DNA of 64,000 nucleotides from Macrostomum hystrix (GCA_950097015.1 CATNEN010000025.1:5332001-5396000); one strand, 5' to 3'. Counted from the first letter of the stretch, positions 24,518 to 36,888 are shown. Notes: a model not told the origin generated them from the letters alone. Made by a program: numbers and translations.

Positions 24518-25793
24518 TAAGGGTGAGCCAAAAGTTTCCGGAATTTCATTGCATCAACATAGTCAACTTTCGCATTCAAAGTCAACAGATTAAAACGATG
24601 TAACACAGTTGCCAATCAAGACCTTGACTCTCTCCCATCTCATAGGCAGTGCCTCAATCCCCTCCATCCAGAAGCTCCTTGGCCTAGAGTCGATCCATTC
24701 CTGCACTGCTAACTCCACATGCTGCTTGTTCGCAAACCGCCGACCATCACAGAAGTTCTGGAGGGATCTGAACACATGGTAGTCACATGGCGAGAGGTCC
24801 GGCGAGTAAGGTGGGTGAGGCAAAACGCTGAAGCCGAGGCTCGCGAGTTTGGCTTGGGTGATTCTAGCCTTGTGTGGTCGGGCATTGTCAAACAGAAGAA
24901 CTTTGTCCCGGTGCCCTGGGCACACGGATCGCAGCCGGTGGGCAACTTGCTCCAGTTCTTCGCAGATGACAGCAGCAGTGACAGCCACACCATGCGGGAT
25001 GAGCTCCCAGAAGATGGGGCCCGATGAGCAGAACCAGAAGGACAAGAGCTCCTTCCCACAGTGGGGGTCTCGCCTGGAGCAGATTGGTGGCTCTTCATCA
25101 GCATTCACCCAGACCGCCGATGCGATAGGATTTTCATATGAGACCCACTTCTCATCCTGCGCAATGATGGACTTTAGGAAATATGGCGAGTGGGCCTGGA
25201 GGAGGTTCGAAGTTGCCATCTCGACCCGAGTGCCCATCTGCTGGGGAGTCAGCTCGTGGGGTACCAGAGTCGGCTTCTTCGGAACCTTGCCTGCATCATG
25301 CAGGCTCCGTCGAACTGTGCTGTAGGGCACTCCAGTTGTGGCCGACAACTTGCGCACACTGTACTCCGGGTTGTCCTCTAGGGCATGGAGAACGGCACCT
25401 TGATCGGCAGTGGGGGGTCGACCTGACCTTGGTTTGTCGGACAGGTTCCAGTCCTCCTCTACAAAGCGAGCGAACCATTCGTACACCGTAGACTTAGAGG
25501 GTGCATGATGACCCATCAGACTTGATAGCTCGCGATGTGCCTCGGCTGCATTTCTTCCAGCGTGAAAGTGGTTGAGCAGAATTGCTCGCCATTCGTTTTT
25601 AGGCATGTCCATTATTATTACTATAGCGGCTATTCAAACAGAGCTGAAGAGATGCGCTGATTCTGAGTAAAAGAGATAGAAGCATGCATGCAAGTATGCT
25701 AGTGGATGACTGCCACTTTTGAGATTTACCATAAACAAAATTTGTACGAAGATCTAGCTGAAAAAAATTCCGGAAACTTTTGGCTCACCCTTA
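24518..25793 (-). mobile_element. Full-length mariner DNA transposon (1276 bp)
   Basis: Perfect 29-bp TIRs TAAGGGTGAGCCAAAAGTTTCCGGAATTT at both ends, TA duplication at 24516-17 and 25794-95, intact transposase ORF. Confidence 0.97.
24590..25612 (-). CDS. Mariner transposase (DD34D), 340 aa, intact
   Basis: N-terminal HTH region, LVPHEL linker (WVPHEL-like), IIAQDEKW, DNARPH and HPPYSPDLSPCDY; 34 residues between the second and third Asp. Confidence 0.97.
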   Translation of the reverse strand: MDMPKNEWRAILLNHFHAGRNAAEAHRELSSLMGHHAPSKSTVYEWFARFVEEDWNLSDKPRSGRPPTADQGAVLHALEDNPEYSVRKLSATTGVPYSTVRRSLHDAGKVPKKPTLVPHELTPQQMGTRVEMATSNLLQAHSPYFLKSIIAQDEKWVSYENPIASAVWVNADEEPPICSRRDPHCGKELLSFWFCSSGPIFWELIPHGVAVTAAVICEELEQVAHRLRSVCPGHRDKVLLFDNARPHKARITQAKLASLGFSVLPHPPYSPDLSPCDYHVFRSLQNFCDGRRFANKQHVELAVQEWIDSRPRSFWMEGIEALPMRWERVKVLIGNCVTSF

Positions 25794-25912
25794 TAGCTTG
25801 GCTGCCGACAGAGGGCTTGACTGAGACTAACTAGCGGCATGAAGCCGTCCTGAAAAAAGCGCGTACAGTTTCAGACCTGGCTCAGACAGTGGCACTAGCG
25901 CAGGTCTCGGAA

Positions 25913-26334
25913 ATGATTCAACAACAGCCTTTCGTCGGCGCTCGAGGCCACATTCGCTCCAGTCGCTACCGAATGACATCAGCCGAGGCGGAGGCGGCCA
26001 CGGTGGCGGCGGCTGCCGCCGCAGCTGAAGAGGAAGCCATGGATTCAACTGGAGATGGACAGCTGCTAGTGCAAGCGGTTGCCGCAGCCGCCGTGTTACT
26101 GCTGTTTGTCGCAACCTTCGCCACTGTGGTCACCTTCCTATTGAAGGCTCCCGCTACGGCCGCCTCGGACTACATCCGACTGGAACCGCGCAGTCTGGAG
26201 GCCTCGGCGACGACGCTGGAGGAGGCAGCGTCCAGACTGTCCGAGCGGCTGTCGGGGACTGCATCGGCTGCGCACTGGCGGCCCCTGCTGGCCTGGGGTG
26301 GCTTCAAGCCGATCGACTGCGCCAGACTCGGCAG
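25913..26334 (+). CDS. ATP1B: Divergent Na+/K+-ATPase beta-subunit-like protein, exon 1 (single TM)
   Basis: Hydrophobic span LLVQAVAAAAVLLLFVATFATVVTFLL; |gtgagt donor in phase 2 joins 29134. Start could also be the ATG at ~25973. Confidence 0.7.
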
Positions 26335-26477
26335 GTGAGTCCTTAGCAACCTGGCTAATTAGCAATACCAAGGACCACTATGAGTGATAGGGACGGGAAA
26401 CTACGGTTCTTAGAAAAAGTTTGTTCGAGGAAATTTTATGGCGTCATCGATTTCTAAATGCATAAAGATAATAGTAT

Positions 26478-26819
26478 TTGCAGGAGGGCTGCGGGCAATG
26501 GCACATCATTTGGTGGCACTGGACCCGCAGCCAGCGAGGAGGCAATTCTGCCCATTCCGCTGACTTCTGAGCACACACGCACACACAGGTGTGTACATCT
26601 GCCCTGACTTTCTCATCGGCAGGCAGTGTACACTCTCACTGTGTCTTGGAGGTTGTCCCTCAAGGGCTTCAATTGCGCGACAAGCCTCCAAGCCTTCTCT
26701 CCTTCTCTGCGCCCTTCTCTGCGCCCAAAATGAATGTGGCCTTGCCGCGGAATCGAACTCGGGTACCTTGGCACGAGAGGCAAATACTTTAACTGCTCTG
26801 CTACGAGTACCGACCCGCC
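26478..26819 (-). mobile_element. SINE family 1, copy C (beta-subunit intron)
   Basis: Reverse complement shows the A box TAGCAGAGCAG, B box GTTCGATTCC and the same body, with an internal deletion. Confidence 0.85.
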
Positions 26820-27964
26820 GCCTAAAACTTCATGAAGTTCCTGAGACAGCAAAACAACAAAGTTAATTTATTAATTTATACTCCTACATTCTAAAATTTC
26901 ACTCCCTAGTCTCTAGCATTGTGAAATATTTTTGTATGGTCAGACCCAGTTATTTTTATTAGCATAGGCCTAAGAAAGAAAATGGTGTAAAGATCAACTT
27001 TTCAACTTTTAACAACCTTGAATCTGCTTCTAATAAAAACGATAACTATATATACTTTAATGTTAAAAATGCGAAAGTTTGCAATCCTATGCCTCCAATG
27101 CCTCATAAAAGTTGACTAAGAAACGTAATTTCTTGTCTTTATAACAAATACGAGCGTAGCTGGTCCAGCTTGATCAAAGTGTCTATAAAAACAATATTAT
27201 TCAAAGTCAAATACAGCCTATCAATAAGCCGTTAGTTTTTTTATGGAAATGAAAGGAAAGGAATGAACATGAACCACACCCTTTTAGATGATAGCATTTT
27301 CGTATTATTGTTATGCTAATGTACAGGTGCATAGAGAGAGTTATTACATACATTTATTGATGGAAATCGTTTGTTCCTTTGAACTGTCTTCTTTCCTTAG
27401 AAAAAGGATTTGCATGAGTTGAACGTTTTTTCTTAGAATTTATTTGCGAACATAGTCGAGTCCAGTTAAGTACGGCACTCACACTAATGACATCCTCTTG
27501 CATAGTCTTATGAGCATTATTAAAGCCATATTATGACGACATCTCATTATAGATAAATAGGCAATCATCATTACATACAAGTATAATACTTTTTGCTTCG
27601 TATTCAGAAAAAAATTGCAGCGTCACGTCGAAGTAAAATATTTTATAGTTTTTATTTTCTAATTTTATATTCTCCCAGTTTTTTTAATTGCGTAACTAAT
27701 TTAAGTCGTAAGTTGAAATACGTAACTCACAAAAAACTTCAACTATTTAATTTCTCTATGTTTCATTTTGTTTCTTTACATCTACTACAATAGAATAAGA
27801 TTTATTAGAACTTTTTGTACACTTCTGGCACTTGTTTAAAAAACTGGATCGTTTATAACTCGCTGCCTTCTCTGTTTGGACAAAGTTTTAAACCCGTGCA
27901 ATCCGTCGAACATTGATTTCTATAATCTTACATTTTACATATTACGTACTATATAAAATTATTG

Positions 27965-28575
27965 AGGGGGCGAGTGGGTCAGCGGCTAACGTCGCTGCCT
28001 CGCACTCCAAAGGACGCTAGTTCGATTCACCCTTCAAGTCACGATTAATTTCGGGACTTGTTGGGGGGTTTGGACAGTAGCGACCGGCGGAGGTGCACCA
28101 TATTTCGTGCAATCAAAGCTTGAAATAATAGCTTCGCTCCTACCTTTCTGTGTGCCTGTTCTGCGTTGTGTGAGTTGTGTGCGTTGGCGCTGGGGCGTGA
28201 GACCTTGCGGGGGTGGCTGGAGGGCGGGTGTACACCGCCGCGCGCTTTCTGGACTTTCGTCAGCGCGATTGGATAAGTGTACACTCATCACCCGGCCCCC
28301 CCCTGAGGACTGATTTCTTATCAGCCTTCCGCCCCGGCTTGGTCTGCTATGTGCGTGTGGGGCTGGGGTGGGGGACACTGCTGCCTATTCTGGGTGCCTC
28401 CTGCCCTCCCCGGCTGGTCTGTGCTGCTGTGTGTGGTGCCTGCTCAGGGGAGGCGGCGCGATGGGCGCAAAAGCGCCTAGTTCGCCGGTCTGGGGGCGTG
28501 CCGCTCCGTCGCTTGTGCGACAAGTGCCCCGGGCCCCCCTGCAAAATAAATAGATAGATAGATAGAGATAGAAAT
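27965..28575 (+). mobile_element. Putative long tRNA-derived SINE-like element, family 3
   Basis: GC-rich island in an AT-rich intron, A-box-like TGGGTCAGCGG, B-box-like GTTCGATT, ending in AAATA-(TAGA)n; only one copy in the window. Confidence 0.5.
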
Positions 28576-29133
28576 AAAATTATTGCGTTTTAAGCTTAAT
28601 TTTTTCCAATAAGTAGTTTGGGTTTCAGATTGTTTATAGAAATGTCAGAAACATAATAATAATTAATTGAAAGTGATTTATTATAAACAGCAAACTTTTG
28701 CTAAAATGGAAACTGCACTTAATTGACTTTTTTCATTATAAAATGATGATCCACACAACTTAATTAGCAACAAAAATTTACATCCTGAAGTTGTTCGAAC
28801 AGATTATAATAAATCATGAAACGCAACACATAAATAAGCAAAAGAAATAGCAAAAGTGCACGCACCTAACCTGCTTTGAAAAAAATGTAGTTTTGGAATC
28901 ACTGTTTGGAAGACTGTTTTGGAATCACTTTAGACTTAGAGGCAAGTAACTATAAAACAGGAATTTTTGCCGCTATATCGCCTCAGAGCTGGTCAGTGCT
29001 TCTATTTTTAGAAAACCTCTCGGGGAAACCCCTCCCTAACAGCCGCCAACCGCAAGCATGTGACTGGCAGATCAGCCAATGAAATTTCTCTAAGGTTGTT
29101 ATGCACCAATCCGCATTGCCGAATTTCTCGCAG

Positions 29134-29557
29134 ATACCCGACCAGCCGTGAAGTCTGCCTGCCGTCCACAGCTACGCTTGGTCCGTGCAACACGTACGCC
29201 GGCTTCGGCTATTTCAACGGCCAGCCATGCTTAATGCTAATGCCGGGATCTAGGCTGACTGGCAACTATACTGAGGATCTGCGGATTCGCTGTAGGGCCA
29301 CCGACTCAGTCACGGGCAACAGCCTGCCGTTGGCTTATTATCCGGCTGTGAGACACCTGGCCGAATCCTTCGCCTACTTTCCCAGGTATTTCTTTCCGTA
29401 TAGAAGCGACACTCAGTTCTACCTGGCTCCGGTTGCAATGGTGCAACTGCTGCGACTGCCGCCTCGGGGACACCGGCTATTATTGAACTGCTCAATAGGC
29501 AATGTACAGTTTGTCAATGTTAGCACGGAGAGATCTATGCTCATGCGATTGAGTTGA
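29134..29557 (+). CDS. ATP1B: Na+/K+-ATPase beta-like, exon 2 (ectodomain, stop)
   Basis: LGPC..FGYFNGQPC, IRC, YYP, FPRYFFPY..YLAPVAMVQ, LNC; cysteine spacing typical of beta subunits; ctcgcag| acceptor in phase 2. Confidence 0.82.
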
Positions 29558-29827
29558 ATACAAATCTTCGATTCGTTCTTTTTTAAGCCGTTTTAAATTT
29601 CAAATTTTCTGTTTGTTTTGCACCTATTCACAAACATGTACTTCTCACTGAAATCCCAAATTTCCAAAATCCCAATCAAATCATTAAATTTTTAATTCGA
29701 TTAAATCCTGAGTCACAGAAATTTCAGATCATGAATATCCCAAATCCCTGAAATCCCGTGTCTAAACAATCCTATATTATTAAAATCCTAAATCACGAAA
29801 TTCCCTAATTTTGTAGCGGAATTTTAA

Positions 29828-30075
29828 AGCAGAGCGGTCCGCGGTCCAACGTGTTGGCATCTCGCAGCCGCAGAGAAAAGGCTTGGGTGCTTGTCGAGCA
29901 ATTTACGCCCTGAGGACCAACCTCCAAAAGGCACAGCGAGAGTGTACACTGCCTGACGATGAGAAAGTCAGGGCAGATGTACACACTCGTGTGTGAGTTT
30001 GTGCCTGCGTACGGTATCTGTGTGCGTGTGTGCTCAGGAGTCAGCGAAATGGGCAGAATTGCCTACTCGCTAGTG
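29828..30075 (+). mobile_element. SINE family 1, copy D (internally deleted, 3' truncated)
   Basis: Shares the central GTGTACACTGCCTGACGATGAGAAAGTCAGGGCAGATGTACAC segment. Confidence 0.8.
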
Positions 30076-30774
30076 TCAACAAATTTAACATATTTACCTG
30101 AATACTGGCAGATCAGCCAATGAAATTTCTCTAAGGTTGTTATCCACCAATCCGCATTGCCGAATTCCTCGCAGATACCCGACCAACCGTTATGCATGTA
30201 ATTTCCTCGTAATTTCCTGTATTCTCCCTTGAATTGAGGATTTCAACTTTTTCTAGCTAAGAGTTATGAGTTATAGAAGAATCGCATTGGGAAAAATGAA
30301 TCAAATGAGAGAGGGGAAGAGCAAACACGAAGTGATCGGAAACACTGGATGTAAATTCTGGATGCCAAAAAGTGGATCTCGTTCAAAGGTAAAACAATTA
30401 ATCAGGGTCAATAATTCAATTCTTTTTCTATACCAACCGTTTCCATTGGCAACAATGATTGTCCTCTGATTATAATTGAACAAAGGAGGAATATTTATGA
30501 AGCTTGTTTTGATTGACACAGGAGCACGAAGGAATGTTGATGATGCGAGAATTACTGTTAATGACTGACTGACATTATGCTTAAACAAATAATGAACTTA
30601 GTACTAATTTGTGACAGAATAGTCTATCTGCATGTGTAAACAAAAAGATCTGAACTCAATGAAAAAAAGGGATTGCACGAAACTATGATATTGTTGCACT
30701 ACATGAAGAAATCCCATTTTACGAAATCCCTATTTCAAGAAGTCCATATTTTAGGAAATCGATACTTAAAGAAG

Positions 30775-31510
30775 TCCCAGTTTAACGAAATCCTAATTTA
30801 ACAAAATCCCAATTTAACGTAATCCCAATTTAACGAAATCCCAATTTAACGTAATCCCAATTTAACGTAATCCCAATTTAACGAAATCCCAATTTAACGA
30901 AATCCCAATTAAACGAAATCCCAATTTAACGAAATCCCAAATAAACGAAATCCCAATTTAACGAAATCCCAATTTAACGTAATCCCAATTTAACGAAATC
31001 CCAATTAAACGAAATCCCAATTTAACGAAATCCCAATTTAACGTAATCCCAATTTAACGAAATCCCAATTTAACGAAATCCCGATTTAACGAAATCCCAA
31101 TTTAACGAAATCCCAATTTAACGAAATCCCAATTAAACGAAATCCCAATTTAACGAAATCCCAATTTAACGTAATCCCAATTTAACGAAATCCCAGTTGA
31201 ACGAAATCCCAATTTAACGAAATCCCAATTTAACGTAATCCCAATTTAACGTAATCCCAATTTAACGAAATCCCAATTTAACGAAATCCCAATTAAACGA
31301 AATCCCAATTCAACGAAATCCCAATTCAACGAAATCCCAATTCAACGAAATCCCAATTTAACGAAATCCCAATTCAACGAAATCCCAATTTAACGTAATC
31401 CCAATTTAACGAAATCCATCTTTAACGAAATCCCAATTTAACGAAATCCGAATTTAACGAAATCCGAATTTAATGAAATCAATTTTTAACGAAATCCCAA
31501 TTTAACACAT
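30775..31510. repeat. 16-bp minisatellite AACGAAATCCCAATTT
   Basis: About 45 units between the convergent beta-subunit and IQCH genes. Confidence 0.96.
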
Positions 31511-31999
31511 TCCTATTTAAGCAATCGCTACTTAATGAAATGCATCATTTGCAGGTCAGTGCTACGAGCGTATTCATCGAAGTCCTTATTCCAAGTCAAA
31601 ATCAATATTCGAAGAAATGCAAGAATCCAAGAATCCCAGTTCCATAAAATCACAATGTCCCGAAACATCAGTATTTGACGAAAAAAAAATCGTAAAAATT
31701 TATAACTGTACGACACTGTCCTTTCTTAGAATTCGTGAATTCTTAGTTCACCGAAATTTCGATTTAGCACAGGATTCTCGCTTGTCATTTGCTAAACTGT
31801 TAGTGGCTTAAATTCGGTAACACTAATTAGAAAATACGAATATTATGGCTTGACGACTTGAACGTGTTAAGTTCTTCTGTTAAAAAAAGTAAAAAATAAG
31901 ACAAATTTATTTATTTTCGAAGCGGACTATAAAAACTAACTTCTGCGATCATTGAAAGTGTTCAAGAGCCTACTAGCAGTTAGTAGCATGCAGTGCGAA

Positions 32000-32746
32000 T
32001 CAATCGCCCAATTTTTCCTTTGTCGACTGCGGCCTTGAAGACTCCTTAGTCTTTTCAATGGCGATCGCCTCGTCTAGGTCGGCGGCCAGGCCTTGAAAAT
32101 TGGTGCGGCCTCTCATATCCGTCGTGGAAATCTCCTGGTTGATGACGGACAGGTTCCTGGCGAACATCTGCAGGCTTGAGCACAGGTCATCCGACAGTGT
32201 GAGCATGCACAGGCAGTCTCGCTGGAAGGAGTCGATCAGGCAGAACAGGGTCCCGGTCTTGTCCGTGACGTCATAGCCGATGCCCTGCGCTTTGCAGGTC
32301 TGGAAGAACACGGAATAATGCACGGCGGCAAGATTCGTGTGCCACAGTCTTGTGGACATTGCGGCGAAGCGTTGGCGACCCTTCACCCGGATGCTGAGAC
32401 CGGTCTTCTTAGTCTTTTTGTCCAGAGCGGCCATCTCAGCTGGAGACATTGCGACTGTCAGCTCGTGGTCCAGCGGGTTGAACCGGCCATTGGTGGCAAA
32501 CAGCAGCAGCTGCATGAGGGCTGCGCTGTCGCTGTAGTGCAGGCTGAGGTCGGAGGCCCACACCACCTGCTTCTCCGTGGCCGGATCTTCGAACACTAGG
32601 AAGTCGACGCTGAGATGACCGAAGATCTTCCTCTCCCAGCAGGCGGTGCCAACGCGCTCGCAGAGGTCGTTGAGCACGGAGGGCAGGGCACTGCACTGGG
32701 GCGTGGAGGTGCCAAGACAGGCGTACGGCTGCTCAGCGCTGCGTAC
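32000..32746 (-). CDS. IQCH: IQ motif-containing protein H homolog, exon 3 (stop)
   Basis: GHLSVDFLVFEDP...VWASDLSLHYSD...CKAQGIGYD...INQEISTTDMRGRTNF resembles the IQCH C-terminus; phase 0. Confidence 0.92.
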   Translation of the reverse strand, partial: VRSAEQPYACLGTSTPQCSALPSVLNDLCERVGTACWERKIFGHLSVDFLVFEDPATEKQVVWASDLSLHYSDSAALMQLLLFATNGRFNPLDHELTVAMSPAEMAALDKKTKKTGLSIRVKGRQRFAAMSTRLWHTNLAAVHYSVFFQTCKAQGIGYDVTDKTGTLFCLIDSFQRDCLCMLTLSDDLCSSLQMFARNLSVINQEISTTDMRGRTNFQGLAADLDEAIAIEKTKESSRPQSTKEKLGD

Positions 32747-32868
32747 CTGCGTAGGTAAAGAGTAATTCACTAGCAATTCAGGTGAAACTGCATGCGATTA
32801 GATTCTCTAATGCTAGCAACAGTTTTATAAGCAAATTTTTATCGCTCATTTAGTCAACATGGTCTCAC

Positions 32869-34021
32869 CTGATCTCCGCAACTGACTATTCGAATGTTTC
32901 CAGTCGGCTCAATGCACAGGTCCATCTGGACGCAGGCAACGATACCGTCTGTTGGCGGTGTGGCCTCCACAATGCCGCCCTGGCTTGTGAACTCGTCCAT
33001 GAACTCCTGCCAGGTTGCGTAGGCCTCCGGACAGGCCACCCGGCCGCAGTCGCGCAGCAGCTCCGGCAGCTCCTCGCACACCTTTAGGTAGACCTTCTCG
33101 TGGGCCCACTTCTGGTTCCAGTTTTCGCTGAAGCGCTGCCGCTCGCGGAGGGCCCACTCGTAGCAGGGAAGCCGGTCGGCGTCCACGTAGGCGATGCCCC
33201 GGCCATCGAACTCGGTGTCCATCTTGAGCAGCCAGCGGCGCACGCTGAGATTCTCAGTGATCAGCTGTGCCAGGCAGTCCTGCAGCTGCCCGACTGAGTA
33301 AATATCGAAGTCGCTAGGCGGTGTCGGGACGTTGGCGGCCTGAAAGACTCGCTTGCCGCCAGATTTGGTGCCATAGAGCTGCGTCACTTCGGGCTCCGAG
33401 CAGAGGATCGGCAGGTCGAGCTTGTCGGCCACCGCCAAGTCATCGGAGCAGGGAAAACCCGGCACAATGTAAGCTCTGCGGCCCTGCACCAGACTGCGAA
33501 TTCGCTTTAGAGCCCTGGGTGAATACTTCAGCAGCGTCGATAGGCACATGTTGTGATGCGGGAAGTTCTTAACAGCCTCCGGCACGATGATGCGGTAGCG
33601 GTCGCTGATGTCGCGCTGGTCCTCCAGTCGACCGGACTCGACTGCGCCGCGCAGGCCAGTGAGTGTAGCATAGTACTGAAGCACCTCGTCGCTCATCGGT
33701 ATTGGGCTGATTAGGATCACGTCGACGTTCGGATCGCGCAGATCGCCTAGGCGAGCCATCTGAGTGTTCTGCAGACGGCCAAGGCCCTTGATGCTGTCCC
33801 GGATGTGCTGCGGGTAGCCCAGAGATGGCATGTGGATGACGGTTCGTCGCTCATTGCGCCAGCTGTCCCAGGTGGCCTCCAGGTGGGCGAACCGGCGCCG
33901 GTAGCCGTCTAGCTGACGGGAGCGAGTCTCCTTCAGCTGGCCCTTGATGTTGAGCAGGCGAAGGTGCAGGATCCACTCGATGGCGATGATACCGGCTGCC
34001 CACTTCTTACGCTTGTACTCT
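32869..34021 (-). CDS. IQCH: IQCH homolog, exon 2
   Basis: KWAAGIIAIEW...RRTVIHMPSLGY...NTQMARL...YGTKSGGKRVF...GGIVEA...IEPTG..SCGDQ; phases 2/0. Confidence 0.93.
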
Positions 34022-34174
34022 CTGGCTCGCGGTTTGGTGTGGTTAGATGGCATGTCGGATTCATTCTTTTGGGTTAAATATGCTAATTTAGTGGAATTTA
34101 GGAAACAGTAAAACGACCACGGGAGGTTTTTCAATGGTACATTTTCTCTCTTTCGTGTCATCGTCATCAGGTCC

Positions 34175-34240
34175 AGAACGCGGGCTAAAACTTTCCACTC
34201 TATTCAGTGAAAAAACTTCCAGAATCACGATGCTGATGTC
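34175..34240 (+). repeat. Dispersed repeat fragment, also at ~55197-55250
   Basis: AACGCGGGCTAAAACTTTCCACTCTA..GTGAAA..ACTTCCAGAATCAC resembles AACACGGCCTAAAATTTCCCACTCTA..GTGAAA..ACTTCCAGAATCAC; both intronic. Confidence 0.55.
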
Positions 34241-34604
34241 GGATGGATTCGAAAATTATGGCGGAAAATGTTGATCGATACGGTGGACTTTCACGAAAAT
34301 CGGTCATTCGGTTTGGTAGCTTATCGTGACGTAGGCAGTTGGTAGTTGAAATACAAATACTTTCTTTCCCCGTGGGGTTGAAATAGCCTGGCATTTCCAC
34401 AGTTTTTACTATTTTATTCAAGAATTCAGGAAAATTGTGCACATCTAATCTTTGCAGCAGGAACAGGACTAACGAATTTGACGTCACAGACTCATAGTGA
34501 CGCGTCTTAGGAATCTCAGACTTCGCCTTTATAATTTGGCGGCTATGTAGGACTAGTTACTAAGGTTTAAGCGAAACTTACGACCCTGGATCCTAGCTGC
34601 ATAC

Positions 34605-35941
34605 CTGTACTCCTTGCGTTTGACGTGGCCCCGCCACAAAGCCTGAATCACGGTGCATGCACGCTCGCGCCCAGTGGGCCCGGTGAATCGACGACCCGGC
34701 TGCTCGACCAGCCGTTGCACATCCTCCCGATTGATGAGGCAGTCCAGCAGCTCCCAGTTGCTGCCTGGCCGGCCCTCGAGCTCGTTCCAGACGGCCAGTT
34801 CGGCGAGTCGTTCGCCGTTGACGAAAGCAATGGGCACGGAGTAGGCCTGCAGCCACTGCTCCATGGTTCGAATCGCGGACGCGATGGAGCCCCAGTCGAG
34901 GCAGTAGCGCTGACGGAAGGCTCGAAAATCGGCCGCCTCCGTCCTAGCGTGGCCGTTCTGCACCACGAACTTGGTTGCCGCTGTGGCCGAAGCTGACACC
35001 GAGCGAGAAGCCAGTGCCATGGTTGTCGGCGTCGACGGAGGCGGGCCTACGGCGGAGCCTAGGTGTGAGAGTTTCAGCTGCTGCTGCTGCTGTTGCTGCA
35101 GTTGTTGTTGAGAAGATTGTGCCGACTTTGAGTCGGTTCTAATTGCGCAGAGTCGACGTGCGAGGCGCACGACGTCATCAGAGTTGGCTGGCGCAGCTTC
35201 TGATCGCCTCTCGGCCGGGTCATGGATGTGCATTGACCGCTGCCTGATGGGGCTCGGGTCCAGCGTCAGCTTGGAGGCCGGCGGTATGAGTCCTCGTTCC
35301 ATTAGCGACAAAATACCGCGGCGAGCGTCGGCCTCGGTGATTGGCGGAGGCGGCACGGCCGAGTCGATTCGATTGGCTCGTGGCAGCGGCGCTGGCCTGT
35401 CGACGTTGGAGCCGCGTACAACGCCTGCCAGCTGCGGAGCCGAGGCCTGACCGCCGGGCAGCCTGGGCAGGGCGATGGCGTACCTGTCGCGCACCAGAGG
35501 CCGATTGAACGGATTCTGGGGATCGGCCAGCGCCTTGAAGGCCTGCAGCTGCTTCCAGTGCTCACCTGGACTCAGGCCACTATTTAGCAGTTGCTGAGTA
35601 TTGGGATAGTCTAACTGCTGCTGCTGCTGCTGAAACTGGTCCACCTGCTGCATCCGCTGGGACTCGAACAGCTGCTCATCCAGGCTCGGTACCGCGCGCA
35701 CCCGATTCTCGATGCGCTCCAGCAGCTGCAGCGAGCGTGCCCGGAGCTGCTCCTCGACGCGGGCCAGGGCGGCGCGCAATTCGGCTTGATCGGCGGCTCC
35801 GCCGGCCGCTGCAGCGTCGGCCACTCGCTGGCGAAGCGCGGCCAGCTCCGCCTGGGCGTCCGAGAGCAGCTCGGACACCGTTGATGGCGCGGGCTGCGAC
35901 TGCGGAGGAATCGACACCAACTGCTGCTGCTGAAGTGACAT
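34605..35941 (-). CDS. IQCH: IQCH homolog, exon 1 (ATG 35941; IQ motif near its end); joined CDS about 1078 aa
   Basis: RGILSLMERGLIPP..LTLDPSP, FRQRYCLDWGSI, IQ motif VIQALWRGHVKRKEY; |gtatgc donor in phase 2. Confidence 0.9.
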
Positions 35942-36602
35942 TCTGTTGACGAGCCGTTTTCTGAGATTATTCACCTTCAAGCTGCCGTGTTTTGCCACGA
36001 GGGAGATCTTTCTGGCCTTCCCAAAGTTGGTAGGTGCAGCGGCTGTACATTAACTTGCGGGCATAAATTGTAAGCCAAGGCCTGGCCCGTGAACTAGGAG
36101 GTTGGCAGTCCGGTTGCCATTGGCAACAAATGCACGCGGCGCTTCTGGCAGAATAGAGGCAAGAGCAGCAACACTGCACGGGCCGCTTTTAACTTCTGCC
36201 TCCCCTCACCTGCCTCTCCTCTCCCACCTCTCTCTCTCTTGCTCGCGTCTCTATTTCATAGTTTATAAAAATGAAGGTGCTGAGAATAATAATTTTCTTT
36301 CTTGCTTTCATTCATTCGCTGCTCACCTCTCCGCCTTGTATAACTGCAATGAGACAGATAGTGTACTCAACTTGCATGCTCACTTAGCCAGGTTTGAGTA
36401 CACAACTCATATGGCTCTCTGCCCTTTCTCTAACACAAATTGTATATAATCAAACCTTGTAGGTTTTAACTATCGAGATTTCATTGCTTTTATAAAATAT
36501 TTAAATAAAATACATTTATAGTTTGCATTTTTTCATTAGATAGATTGTCTATTGTCAAAGCGCTAAAATCCTTGTCGGCCAAATGTACAGCTACATAGAT
36601 CT

Positions 36603-36674
36603 GGTATTTTGTTTTCGAACCCCTGACCTTTAGATCTGTAGTCTGAAACTCTAACCACTTGGCTACAATATCCC
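36603..36674 (-). pseudogene. tRNA-derived pseudogene or SINE head (Cys-like anticodon arm)
   Basis: TAGCCAAGTGGTTAGAG...GACTACAGATC...GGTTCGAAA; the T-stem and acceptor 3' strands do not pair. Confidence 0.5.
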
Positions 36675-36888
36675 TGATTGAATATTTTGTAAATCAAAAA
36701 AATTCTGTCAATCAGATTAATTAGCGCGGAAAGACCTGCAATCTGATATTTTATGCCCTATTCTACGGATTAGTAACAATCTATGAATATCAACTCAAAC
36801 GATATCTGAGACAGCGCGGGGGAAACTAAAAGTGTGCAGATGAAACCCATCCCATCTTCTTTGTTCCTTCAATCTAATTAAATCATTT

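Noticed and set aside
36603-36674. Functional tRNA-Cys gene
   Set aside because: T-stem and acceptor-stem 3' strands do not pair; annotated as a tRNA-derived relic.
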